Assembly (NCBI GenBank): GCA_022646745.1
Contig: CP060262.1
Location: 3,090,001-3,122,000, forward strand
Direction of reading: 5' to 3'
Source of the DNA: Planctomycetales bacterium
GTDB taxonomy: Bacteria; 4484-113; JAFGCY01
DNA: 32,000 nucleotides
Position 1 is the stretch's first letter, and each line of letters starts with the position of its first letter. The notes beneath the pieces were generated by a model. That model searched no databases. It saw only the letters and a program-made list of their open reading frames with translations, and was not told the origin of the DNA. Below are positions 8,617-16,760 of this stretch, piece by piece. The position numbers and the translations under genes are program-made.

Positions 8617-11025
8617 ATGCGCATCTGCAAGCCGCTGCTGGCATTGCTGCTGTTGCTCATCTGTGCAACGGCCGGTAACGCCGCGGGTGATCCCTACCTC
8701 GGCGTCGGGCACGAGCCAAGTTCCGACCCGCCAGGGTTGCTGATCAATGTCGTGCCGGGCAGTCCGGCTGACAGGGCGGGGCTGAGGAGTGGTGACGTGA
8801 TCACGGCCGTCGATGGCCACCAGATGGCGGATGCGCCGGATGGCAAGTACGATGCCGTCTTGCGCGAGGCACTGGTCGGCAGGGAACTTGGCGACAGCCT
8901 GTTGTTCAGCATCCACCGCAGCATTCCGTCCGTTGTGTTGCATGATGCAGCTGGTGACGCGGTCAATGATTTCCCGCTAGACGAACTGCGGCCACGCATT
9001 GACGGCCTGCAGGACGGGCAGAGCCTCAGGCTTGAAGCCAGCAGGATTCCGGAGGAGCTTGAGATCAGTGTTGTGCTCGGACCCCGGCCGGACACGCTAG
9101 GCGAGCCTTTCCCGGCAAATGATGAACTTCCGTGCAGGGTCGACGACCTGCGTCCGGGAATCAAGCAATTCAGGGATGAATTGATTGCCAGGGCTGGCAT
9201 CGCTGCGGACTGTGAGGACCTGGCGATGCGGCTGGACCGGCGCGCAACTCCTGATGACGGATACCGCTTCCAGCGCACCGTCTACCTGCTGCGCGACGGT
9301 TTCAAGGGTGAACCCGTCACCCGGGCCATCACGGGCAAGCTGACCGAAAGCATGGTGGCCGGCATCAGTGGCTACAGCCAGATCCAGTACACCAGCGCGG
9401 AACTGATGGATCTCTACGATCAGGACTTCCCGCAGCTGGCTGACAACAAGGATGGCACGCTTGACGATGACCTGCAGCTGCTGAAGCAGACGCTGGAGGA
9501 CAGTGATGCGCTGGTCCGCAGGGCCTTTGCCGGATTCAGTGAGGAAGAACTGACATTCCTGGACCGCCAGCGCGCTGAGCTGACAGAGGCCTTCCGCCAG
9601 TGGCATTACATCGACAGTGAGGACAGCAATGCCCGGCGGGTGGCTGACAACCTGCGCCTGATCGAACTTGCAAAGCGCATAGACTATGCCAGCCTGCAGC
9701 AGGCCCAACTGAAACTGAGCAGCCTGGCGCAGATCAACTTCCTCAAGCGCCTGGAGCAGGAGCTGCTGGCCTCCTATGCTGGCAATCTTGCCGACGATGA
9801 GCTGCTGCGGATGGAGACTGCCGCAGGTGACATCGTTGTCAATGGCACGGGCCGCAGCTGGCAGCGCAAGGATGATGCAGTACTGCGTATCGACCTCGGT
9901 GGCGACGACTTCTACACCAATGCGGCGGGCAGTGCCACAGGCATCTCCCATCCCGTCGGCGTGCTGATTGAATTCGGAGGCAACGATGCATATGAATCCA
10001 CTACGCAGCACTGCCAGGGCAGTGGTTCAATGGGCTGTGGCCTTCTGATCGACATGTCGGGGAACGACCAGTACATTGGCCTGCAGTGGGCCCAGGGCTG
10101 CGCCTTCCTCGGCTGCGGTGCACTCGTAGACTACAGCGGGAATGACATCTACCGCGGCGAGGAGCTCTGCCAGGCGGCGGCGATATTCGGCAGCGGCATC
10201 ATCTTCGACATATCCGGCAATGACCGCTTTGAGGCACAGCAGAAAAGCCAGGCCTTCGGCGGGGCGCATGGGATTGGCCTGCTGCTTGACGCGGAAGGAC
10301 ACGACTACCGCTATGCCAAGGGCAAGTACCCGACAGGCTATGGCGACGCCGGCATTTTCGACTCCTGGAGCCAGGGCTGCGCGCAGGGATTCCGTAACCG
10401 GGCCTCCGGTGGAATCGCGGGCATTGTCGATCTTGAGGGTGAGGACTACAACGAGGCCGGCAACTTCAGCCAGGGCGGCGGCTACTACTTTGGCTATGGC
10501 TTCTTCCACGATGTCGGCCAGCAGGATGACCACTACATCGGCAGCCGCTACAACCAGGGCTTCTGCGCCCACCAGGCGGTCGGCGTGTTCCTCGAGGAAG
10601 GTGGCAACGACTGGTATCAGACCCGCCAGAGTGTGTCACAGGGACTGGCCTGGGATGAATGCAGCACGGTGTTCATCGACTACCTCGGCAACGACCGCTA
10701 TGAAGGCGGCGGCGGGTTCTCCCAGGGAGCCAGTGCGCACAACGCGGTCTGCCTGATGTGGGACATGAATGGCGACGACGTCTATGACTATCCCGCCGGC
10801 CAGGCCCGGGCCGGTGGCAATGATTACCATGGAGGCACTTCGCTTTCACTGTTCATCGATGCCGGTGGCGGCAATGACAGCTACAACTCAAAGGATGGCG
10901 CAAACGACAAGGTCAGTGGCTGGCCGGCCCATGGATTCTTCGCTGACCTGCCGGGTTCACTGGCAGATGCGCTGCTGGACCAGGCCTGGCAGCAGCTCTG
11001 GCAGGACCCTCCAGCCGCAGAATGA
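8617..11025 (+). CDS. Secreted PDZ-domain protein with a C-terminal array of GNDxY repeats (function unknown)
   Basis: Signal peptide MRICKPLLALLLLLICATAGNAAG. PDZ-like GLLINVVPGSPADRAGLRSGDVITAVDG. An alpha-helical middle region, then about 12 repeats (see the repeat feature). Confidence 0.8.
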   Translation: MRICKPLLALLLLLICATAGNAAGDPYLGVGHEPSSDPPGLLINVVPGSPADRAGLRSGDVITAVDGHQMADAPDGKYDAVLREALVGRELGDSLLFSIHRSIPSVVLHDAAGDAVNDFPLDELRPRIDGLQDGQSLRLEASRIPEELEISVVLGPRPDTLGEPFPANDELPCRVDDLRPGIKQFRDELIARAGIAADCEDLAMRLDRRATPDDGYRFQRTVYLLRDGFKGEPVTRAITGKLTESMVAGISGYSQIQYTSAELMDLYDQDFPQLADNKDGTLDDDLQLLKQTLEDSDALVRRAFAGFSEEELTFLDRQRAELTEAFRQWHYIDSEDSNARRVADNLRLIELAKRIDYASLQQAQLKLSSLAQINFLKRLEQELLASYAGNLADDELLRMETAAGDIVVNGTGRSWQRKDDAVLRIDLGGDDFYTNAAGSATGISHPVGVLIEFGGNDAYESTTQHCQGSGSMGCGLLIDMSGNDQYIGLQWAQGCAFLGCGALVDYSGNDIYRGEELCQAAAIFGSGIIFDISGNDRFEAQQKSQAFGGAHGIGLLLDAEGHDYRYAKGKYPTGYGDAGIFDSWSQGCAQGFRNRASGGIAGIVDLEGEDYNEAGNFSQGGGYYFGYGFFHDVGQQDDHYIGSRYNQGFCAHQAVGVFLEEGGNDWYQTRQSVSQGLAWDECSTVFIDYLGNDRYEGGGGFSQGASAHNAVCLMWDMNGDDVYDYPAGQARAGGNDYHGGTSLSLFIDAGGGNDSYNSKDGANDKVSGWPAHGFFADLPGSLADALLDQAWQQLWQDPPAAE
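9874..10911 (+). repeat. Protein-level tandem repeats, period about 26-28 aa, consensus [SC]QG-x(5-7)-G-h-h-h-D-x-x-G-N-D-x-Y
   Basis: G(N/D/H/E)D-x-(Y/F) motifs occur at aa 429, 455, 482, 508, 534, 561, 608, 636, 663, 691, 719, 734 and 752 of the 802-aa product. Examples: GGNDAY, SGNDQY, SGNDIY, SGNDRF, EGHDYRY, EGEDYN, QQDDHY, GGNDWY, LGNDRY, NGDDVY, GGNDSY. Confidence 0.8.
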
Positions 11026-11064
11026 TTTCCAGTGCCGTCCTGTGGGCTTTGCTATCATTTCTGC

Positions 11065-11331
11065 ATGGACCACGACCTCTTCCTGCATCTCTGTGGGCTG
11101 GCCAGGCTGCGCCTTGATGAGCGCGAGGCAGCTGACTTCGAGCGCAAGTTCAACAGCATGCTAAAGATGGTGGACAGCCTGAACCAGTGGGAACCGCAGG
11201 ATAGCAAGCTGGCCGGCATCGATGGCGGCCTGCAGCTTCGTCCTGACAAGGTTGTCGAATATGTGTGGCCGGAGGGCACGGTGCACGATTACCGCGTTCC
11301 AACCATCATCGACTTCGAGGGTGATGGCTGA
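11065..11331 (+). CDS. gatC: Asp/Glu-tRNA amidotransferase subunit C
   Basis: MDHDLFLHLCGLARLRLDEREAADFERKFNSMLKMVDSL fits the GatC pattern. The stop overlaps the gatA ATG (TGATG). Start taken at the internal ATG 11065 rather than the track's 11032. Confidence 0.8.
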   Translation: MDHDLFLHLCGLARLRLDEREAADFERKFNSMLKMVDSLNQWEPQDSKLAGIDGGLQLRPDKVVEYVWPEGTVHDYRVPTIIDFEGDG

Positions 11332-12818
11332 TGCGTGAGCTGCTTGCGCGCACGGCGCATGAACTGCTGGCTGATGTCAGCAGCGGCGAGATTGACCATA
11401 ATGAACTGCAGGAAGCCCAGTACGCGTTTGCGCGTGAAATTGATGGTGAACTGAATAACTTCACGGCCTGGGATGAAGTGGTGGAAAGCCAGGGCTGGGA
11501 CCTCGACCTGAGCCCGGACAGGATGCAGACCTTCAGCCACATGCCTTTTGCCGCCAAGGACCTGTTTGCCACGAAGGGACTTAGCACTACGTCAGGCAGC
11601 AACATCCTCAAGGGGTATGAGCCAAGCTTCGATGCCAGCATCGTGGCCCACCTGCGCCAGGAAAAGAACCACCTGATGGGCAAGACCAACATGGACGAGT
11701 TCGCGATGGGGAGCTCGGGCGAGAACTCGGCCTATGGCCCGAGCCGAAATCCATGGGACCTGGCTCGTGTGGCCGGCGGCAGCAGTTCCGGCAGCGCGAG
11801 CGCGGTGGCTGCCTGCCAGAGCTTCATGGCGCTTGGCACCGATACCGGGGGCAGCATCCGCATCCCGGCAAGCTTCTGTGGGGTGGTCGGCTACCGACCG
11901 ACCTACGGCCTGCTCAGCCGCTATGGCATGGTGGCCTACAGCAGCAGCTGTGACCAGGCTGGCACCTTCACGCGCTGCACGCTGGATGCGGCGCTGGCAA
12001 TGAACACGATGAGCCATCCTGACCCACTGGACAGCACCTGCCGGGTCACGGAGCGGATTGACTACTACGCCGATGCCCGGAAGCCGATCCACTGGAACAA
12101 GCTGCGCGTGGGCGTGATCAGCCAGTTCATGGATCCGGAGCGAGTTGACAATGCAGTGCTTGCCAACTGCCAGCGCTCCATTGATATCCTGCGGGAAGCA
12201 GGTGCTGAGATAATCGAACTGGACTTCAGCATCGCACAGTACTGCATACCGGCTTACTACGTGATCACCGCGGCTGAGTGCAGCAGTAACCTCGCGCGCT
12301 ATGACGGCGTGCGCTTCGGCGACGAGCCACAGGGTGATGATTTGCTGGAGCGTTACCTGGATGTCAGGTCCCGCGGCTTTGGCGAGGAAGTCAAACGCCG
12401 CATTCTGCTTGGGACATACGTTCTCAGCAGCGGGTACTTCGATGCCTACTACAACCGGGCCCGGGCGATGCGCGGCGAGATAGCCCGCACGATGTCCGAG
12501 ATGTTCCGCAAGGTGGACGTGATCGTCTGCCCGACCAGCCCGAATGTGGCGTTTGGCATAGGGGAAAAGGCTGACGACCCGGTGGCAATGTACATGTCCG
12601 ACCTGTTCACGGTGTTTGTCAACCTGGCCGGGCTGTGCGGAGTGAGCATGCCCAACGGCTTTGCCGATTCTGACGGCAGCAGCTTGCCGACATCCATCCA
12701 GTTCGTTTGCCCCGGATTCCACGACAGCCTGCTGCTGAGGATCTGTTCGCAGTTCGAGGAACTGAGTGCATGGCGGTTTACGCCGCCGGCCTGGATCACG
12801 GAGAAGCTCGGAGCGTGA
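11331..12818 (+). CDS. gatA: Asp/Glu-tRNA amidotransferase subunit A
   Basis: 495 aa. Amidase signature GGSSSGSASAVAA ... LGTDTGGSIRIPASFCG. GatC lies immediately upstream. Confidence 0.93.
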   Translation: MRELLARTAHELLADVSSGEIDHNELQEAQYAFAREIDGELNNFTAWDEVVESQGWDLDLSPDRMQTFSHMPFAAKDLFATKGLSTTSGSNILKGYEPSFDASIVAHLRQEKNHLMGKTNMDEFAMGSSGENSAYGPSRNPWDLARVAGGSSSGSASAVAACQSFMALGTDTGGSIRIPASFCGVVGYRPTYGLLSRYGMVAYSSSCDQAGTFTRCTLDAALAMNTMSHPDPLDSTCRVTERIDYYADARKPIHWNKLRVGVISQFMDPERVDNAVLANCQRSIDILREAGAEIIELDFSIAQYCIPAYYVITAAECSSNLARYDGVRFGDEPQGDDLLERYLDVRSRGFGEEVKRRILLGTYVLSSGYFDAYYNRARAMRGEIARTMSEMFRKVDVIVCPTSPNVAFGIGEKADDPVAMYMSDLFTVFVNLAGLCGVSMPNGFADSDGSSLPTSIQFVCPGFHDSLLLRICSQFEELSAWRFTPPAWITEKLGA

Positions 12819-13483
12819 GTGCAGGCAGCACAGCCGTTCCCGGTGTGCGACAGCAGGTCGACGCTATCATCCCCGCATTTGATGAGGGCCCGCGCGTGCT
12901 GGCCGTTGCCAGGGTGGCGCTCGAGAGTGAACTGTTCGCGCGCGTGATCGTGGTTGATGATGGCAGCCGCGATGACACCGCTGCAAGGGTGGAGGCTGAA
13001 CCGGGGCTTGAGCTGGTGAAACACGAGCGCAACCGCGGCAAGAGCCAGGCGATGCACAGCGGTTTCCTGGCCAGCAGCGCTCCCGTGATCTGCTTCCTCG
13101 ATGCCGACCTGCTGCATGTGAACGCGGGGCACCTGCGAGCGCTGATCGAACCCGTGCAGTACGGGCACAACCAGGCCAGCCTCGCGATGTTCACCGGGGG
13201 ACGGACCCTGACGAGCCTGGCGCAGAAGATATCTCCCCTGATCAGTGGACAGCGCTGCCTGCAACGCCAGCTGCTGGACAGCTTCGAGGACTGGGATAGC
13301 CGATTCGGTGTTGAGACCTCCCTCAATGAGCACCTTGAGTCACTGGGGGTTGCACAGCTGGTGGTGGAATGGCCGGGAGCCGCACAGGTGATGAAGGAAG
13401 AGAAGCGCGGCTGCCTCGCCGGATTTGCCGCGCGGCTGGGAATGTACCGTGACATCGCGGCGAGCAAGATGAGAAGGCACTGA
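12815..13483 (+). CDS. Family-2 glycosyltransferase (short, about 222 aa)
   Basis: IIPAFDEGPRVL ... VIVVDDGSRDDT ... NRGKSQAM ... FLDADL (DxD). The GTG at 12815 overlaps the gatA stop (GTGA). The in-frame ATG at 12770 is an alternative start. Confidence 0.75.
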   Translation: MSAGSTAVPGVRQQVDAIIPAFDEGPRVLAVARVALESELFARVIVVDDGSRDDTAARVEAEPGLELVKHERNRGKSQAMHSGFLASSAPVICFLDADLLHVNAGHLRALIEPVQYGHNQASLAMFTGGRTLTSLAQKISPLISGQRCLQRQLLDSFEDWDSRFGVETSLNEHLESLGVAQLVVEWPGAAQVMKEEKRGCLAGFAARLGMYRDIAASKMRRH

Positions 13484-13508
13484 TGCTGCTGCAACCTATA
13501 ATCTGCGC

Positions 13509-15116
13509 ATGCTGATTGCACTGAGCCAGCTCAATGCCACCGTGGGGGCGCTGGAGGGCAATACCGAGAAGATCATCCATGCGGCGAGGGCGGCGCAGTC
13601 CCGTGGTGCGCGCCTGCTGGTTACCCCCGAGCTGATGGTGACGGGATACCTGCCGCAGGACCTGGTGCTCAAACGGCACTTCATATCCGCACAGCGCGAA
13701 CTGGTGTTTGGCCGCCTTTGCAATGAACTGGCTATGCCGGCCCTCGTGGGATTCATTGACAACGATGGGGATGGCCACCTCTACAACTCCGCTGCCCACA
13801 TCGCGGAAGGCAGGGTTCAGCACATCGTGCGCAAGAGCCTGCTGCCCACATACGACGTGTTCGATGAGTGGCGTTACTTCAAGCCCGGGGTGAACCGCGA
13901 ACCGCTCGAGATTGACGGCCACCGTGTGGCGGTGACGATCTGCGAGGACATCTGGGACGACGAGTATGAGATAAAGGTCGTGCGCCAGCTTGCTTCCGCC
14001 GGGGCGGACATAATTGTCAACCTGAGCAGTTCGCCATACCGCCAGGGCAAGCAGCGCCGCCGCATAGAGCTGTGCAGCAAGCATGCACGCGAAACCGGCC
14101 TGCCACTGCTTTACTGCAACATGGTGGGCGGACAGGATGAGCTGATCTTTGATGGCAGCAGCATTGTGGTCGACGGACGCGGGCGGCTGATTGCCACCGG
14201 TGAGTCCTTCGGTGAGGACATGCTGATGGTTGATCCATTCGCTGACAATCCTGAGCTGGAGGACACCCGCGAGCATGACGGCAGCGCGGAGATTTTCCGC
14301 GCGCTCTGCCTCGGTATCAGTGACTACTTCACTAAGACCGGGTTTGAAAAGGCGGTGCTTGGGGTGAGCGGCGGGATCGACAGCGCACTGGTAGCCTGCC
14401 TGGCGGCGGAAGCGCTCGGACCGCAGAATGTCACCGGCGTTGCCATGCCATCGCAGTTCACAGCTGACATCAGCAACAGTGACGCGGAACTGCTCGCTCG
14501 AAACCTCGGGATGCCATTCCACGTCTTTCCGATTGAGGAAAGCGTTTCACTCGCCGAGCGGCGCTTCGTTGAGAACATGGGACAGTACCACAGCGGGCTC
14601 ACCCGCGAGAACCTGCAGTCACGCGAACGCGGCAAGATCCTGATGGAGATATCCAACGACCGCGGCTCACTTGTGCTGGCAACCGGCAACAAGACTGAGT
14701 ATGCACTGGGTTACAGCACACTCTATGGCGACATGTGCGGTGCCCTTGCACCGATCGGGGACCTTTCCAAGCCGCAGGTCTACCAGCTGTCCCGCTGGTA
14801 CAACCAGTGGAAGGGCAGGGAAGTGATCCCGCAGCGCAGCATTGATCGCGAACCATCCGCCGAACTGCGTGCAGACCAGGTGGATCCCTTTGAATACGAG
14901 CGGACCGGCCCGCTTGTTGACGAGATAATCGTCAGCCAGCGCAGCCGCCATGAACTGCTGGGGCTGGGTTACCCTGCGGATGAGATTGACGAAGCCTTCC
15001 GCCTGATCAGGCTAAATGAATACAAGCGCTGGCAGGCGGCCCCGATCCTGCGCGTCACCCGCAAGGCATTTGGCAGCGGCCGCAAGATCCCGCTTGTCAA
15101 CGGCTTCATGGAATGA
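13509..15116 (+). CDS. nadE: Glutamine-dependent NAD+ synthetase
   Basis: 535 aa. N-terminal CN-hydrolase domain (LLVTPELMVTGY ... VTICEDIW). C-terminal NAD synthetase domain with PP-loop GVSGGIDSAL. Confidence 0.93.
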   Translation: MLIALSQLNATVGALEGNTEKIIHAARAAQSRGARLLVTPELMVTGYLPQDLVLKRHFISAQRELVFGRLCNELAMPALVGFIDNDGDGHLYNSAAHIAEGRVQHIVRKSLLPTYDVFDEWRYFKPGVNREPLEIDGHRVAVTICEDIWDDEYEIKVVRQLASAGADIIVNLSSSPYRQGKQRRRIELCSKHARETGLPLLYCNMVGGQDELIFDGSSIVVDGRGRLIATGESFGEDMLMVDPFADNPELEDTREHDGSAEIFRALCLGISDYFTKTGFEKAVLGVSGGIDSALVACLAAEALGPQNVTGVAMPSQFTADISNSDAELLARNLGMPFHVFPIEESVSLAERRFVENMGQYHSGLTRENLQSRERGKILMEISNDRGSLVLATGNKTEYALGYSTLYGDMCGALAPIGDLSKPQVYQLSRWYNQWKGREVIPQRSIDREPSAELRADQVDPFEYERTGPLVDEIIVSQRSRHELLGLGYPADEIDEAFRLIRLNEYKRWQAAPILRVTRKAFGSGRKIPLVNGFME

Positions 15117-15150
15117 CAACACTGATGAGTTTCGATACCAGGAGTGAACC

Positions 15151-15924
15151 ATGCTGAAGAAGATCGGATCGATCATGGGCGCCGGGCTGTTTGCCATCCT
15201 GCCGATGGTGATCACGCTAGCTGTGCTGACCTACCTGTTCAACATGATCTACGGCTGGCTCGGCCCGGCCAGCGCCTTTGGCCAGTTCGTCAGCCGCCAC
15301 GCTGACAAGCAGTTTGAGGCCGTGTTGCTGTATGTCGCCACCCTGCTGGTGATCCTTCTCCTGATCTTCATTGCGGGACTGTTCACCCGCGGGGCGGCCG
15401 GCAGCCGCTACGGCAGTGTACGCAATGTGATCGGCAATTACTTTGCCGGGCACGTGACGGGCATGATCAAGAAAGTGCCATTCATCAACACCGTCTACAC
15501 AAGTGCCGAACAGGTGGTCGATCTCTTCCAGAAGAAGGAGGAGGATGCCGCCAAGGCGATGAGCAACGTGGTGCTTGCCAAGTATGCCAACATGTGGATT
15601 CTCGGCATGCTGGCCAGCGCCAAGCCGATCGAGATCCGCGGTGAGAAGTACTACTACATCTACTTCCCGAACACACCGATGCCAGCCACGGGTTTCAGCT
15701 ACATCATCCCCTGCGATGACGTCGTAGACATTGACATGACGGTCGAGGAAATGACCCGCATCTACGTGTCCTTTGGTAGCCTCGGCCCGGGCATCCACCA
15801 GGGACGCCGGATGGTGGACATGGATCCGGCGCATAAAGGCAGCCATTTTGAAAGTGCGGAAGGTGGTAGCTTCAGCGATGCAATCGGCCCCGGTACAGCA
15901 CCCGATGCAGGTGATCCGGCATGA
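15151..15924 (+). CDS. DUF502-family membrane protein
   Basis: Two N-terminal TM helices, then PFINTVYTSAEQVVDLF ... VVLAKYANMWILGML ... FPNTPMPATGFSYIIPCDDVVDIDMTVEEMTRIYVSFG, the conserved DUF502 core. AGGAG RBS. Confidence 0.75.
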   Translation: MLKKIGSIMGAGLFAILPMVITLAVLTYLFNMIYGWLGPASAFGQFVSRHADKQFEAVLLYVATLLVILLLIFIAGLFTRGAAGSRYGSVRNVIGNYFAGHVTGMIKKVPFINTVYTSAEQVVDLFQKKEEDAAKAMSNVVLAKYANMWILGMLASAKPIEIRGEKYYYIYFPNTPMPATGFSYIIPCDDVVDIDMTVEEMTRIYVSFGSLGPGIHQGRRMVDMDPAHKGSHFESAEGGSFSDAIGPGTAPDAGDPA

Positions 15925-15940
15925 TTTTGGTGTAGTGCTG

Positions 15941-15949
15941 TGTTATATT
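15941..15949 (+). promoter_or_regulatory. Candidate extended -10 (TGTTATATT) for tRNA-Ala
   Basis: TGnTATATT ends 17 nt before the mature tRNA 5' end. No convincing -35. Confidence 0.3.
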
Positions 15950-15966
15950 AGTTAGCCCGAATCCTC

Positions 15967-16039
15967 GGGGGTATAGCTCAGCTGGTAGAGCGCATCGTTC
16001 GCATCGATGAGGCCAGGGGTTCGAATCCCCTTACCTCCA
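15967..16039 (+). tRNA. tRNA-Ala (anticodon CGC)
   Basis: Folded by hand. Acceptor GGGGGTA/TACCTCC with the G3:U70 Ala identity pair. D stem GCTC/GAGC. Anticodon stem CATCG/CGATG with loop TTCGCAT (anticodon CGC). T arm AGGGG-TTCGAAT-CCCCT. Discriminator A. CCA is not encoded. Confidence 0.95.
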
Positions 16040-16056
16040 GATTCCCGGGACATCCA

Positions 16057-16089
16057 GGCCCCCATCATGCATGGGGGCCTTTTCTTTTC
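16057..16089 (+). terminator. Rho-independent terminator after tRNA-Ala
   Basis: GGCCCCCAT-catgc-ATGGGGGCC stem-loop followed by TTTTCTTTTC. Confidence 0.85.
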
Positions 16090-16108
16090 AACCTCTCCGA
16101 TGCATGCG

Positions 16109-16144
16109 CAGAAAACGCAGAGTCCCCGAACCAGGCGGGGACTC
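16109..16144 (-). terminator. Rho-independent terminator ending the micro-ORF pair
   Basis: On the minus strand: GAGTCCCCG-cctggtt-CGGGGACTC followed by TGCGTTTTCTG, about 34 nt after the stop of the 50-aa ORF. Confidence 0.75.
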
Positions 16145-16177
16145 TGATCTGTTTGCGGCCGGCTGGATGGCCGTGGT

Positions 16178-16330
16178 TCAGAACATGTTAATGAGGGCCA
16201 GTGTAGCGTCATGGATGTAATGACCGACCTGGCCGATGAAGCCGATAACGGCTGCGATGGCGCCGCCGATGGCATTGCCGATGCTTACTCCGAGTTGTAC
16301 GAAACCCTGTTCAAATGCGTCGAAATTCAT
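16178..16330 (-). CDS. Micro-ORF B, 50 aa, hydrophobic glycine-zipper peptide (unannotated)
   Basis: Hand translation: MNFDAFEQGFVQLGVSIGNAIGGAIAAVIGFIGQVGHYIHDATLALINMF. GAGGTG sits 6 nt upstream of the ATG. Below the 60-aa track cutoff. Repeated GxxxG spacing (G14, G18, G22; G30, G33, G36). No Lys or Arg. Confidence 0.7.
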   Translation of the reverse strand: MNFDAFEQGFVQLGVSIGNAIGGAIAAVIGFIGQVGHYIHDATLALINMF

Positions 16331-16379
16331 GATGTTCACCTCTTTGGATTGATATCGGTTGGAATGGACTGTCGCTTGA

Positions 16380-16538
16380 TCAGAACATCAAGGGCCAGCC
16401 AAGGTCACTGAGGGCTGCGGCGTAGTTGAAGTCGTATGCTTCCTGGGCATCGATCTTCGCCGCATCATCCGTAGCAGGACGGATCTCGGCACTGTCGGGA
16501 ATCTCAATCAGTTTCCTGATGTAATCCAGAATGTTCAT
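16380..16538 (-). CDS. Micro-ORF A, 52 aa, acidic soluble-looking peptide (unannotated)
   Basis: Hand translation: MNILDYIRKLIEIPDSAEIRPATDDAAKIDAQEAYDFNYAAALSDLGWPLMF. GAGGTG sits 6 nt upstream of the ATG. The initiation region GAGGTGAAC-N3-ATGAA and the terminal codons ATG TTC TGA are the same as in micro-ORF B. Confidence 0.65.
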   Translation of the reverse strand: MNILDYIRKLIEIPDSAEIRPATDDAAKIDAQEAYDFNYAAALSDLGWPLMF

Positions 16539-16760
16539 GTCGTTCACCTCATTCGTTTATTTGGTTGAGGCTTCCTGATTGCCTGAACCATTCTTGTTAC
16601 CCGCTGGTTCAGGACGATAAACAGTAAACTGTCTAAAATTCGAAATATCTAATTGTAGAGCAACTGCCTGCAATAACTGCATGATTGAAAAGTATCAGGC
16701 AAGGTGCGCCCGGTTTGTGATGGAAAGCGACCTGTAAGTGGTGCAGTGTGCAGAAGAAGT

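Noticed and set aside
9874-10911. Calling the GNDxY repeats canonical RTX (hemolysin-type) nonapeptide repeats.
   Set aside because: The period is about 26-28 residues, not 9, and the GGxGxDxUx consensus is not tandemly present. Only the Gly-Asn-Asp turn is reminiscent.
15952-16275. 107-aa minus-strand ORF and 66-aa plus-strand ORF (16211-16411) in the track.
   Set aside because: The first runs straight through tRNA-Ala and two terminators. The second is the antisense of micro-ORF B and lacks an SD, whereas the minus-strand micro-ORFs have GAGGTG sites at ideal spacing.
16690-16710. Possible sigma-54 promoter (GGCGCACCTTGC on the minus strand) upstream of the micro-ORFs.
   Set aside because: GG-to-GC spacing is two nt shorter than the -24/-12 consensus, and the flanking bases do not match TGGCAC-N5-TTGC.
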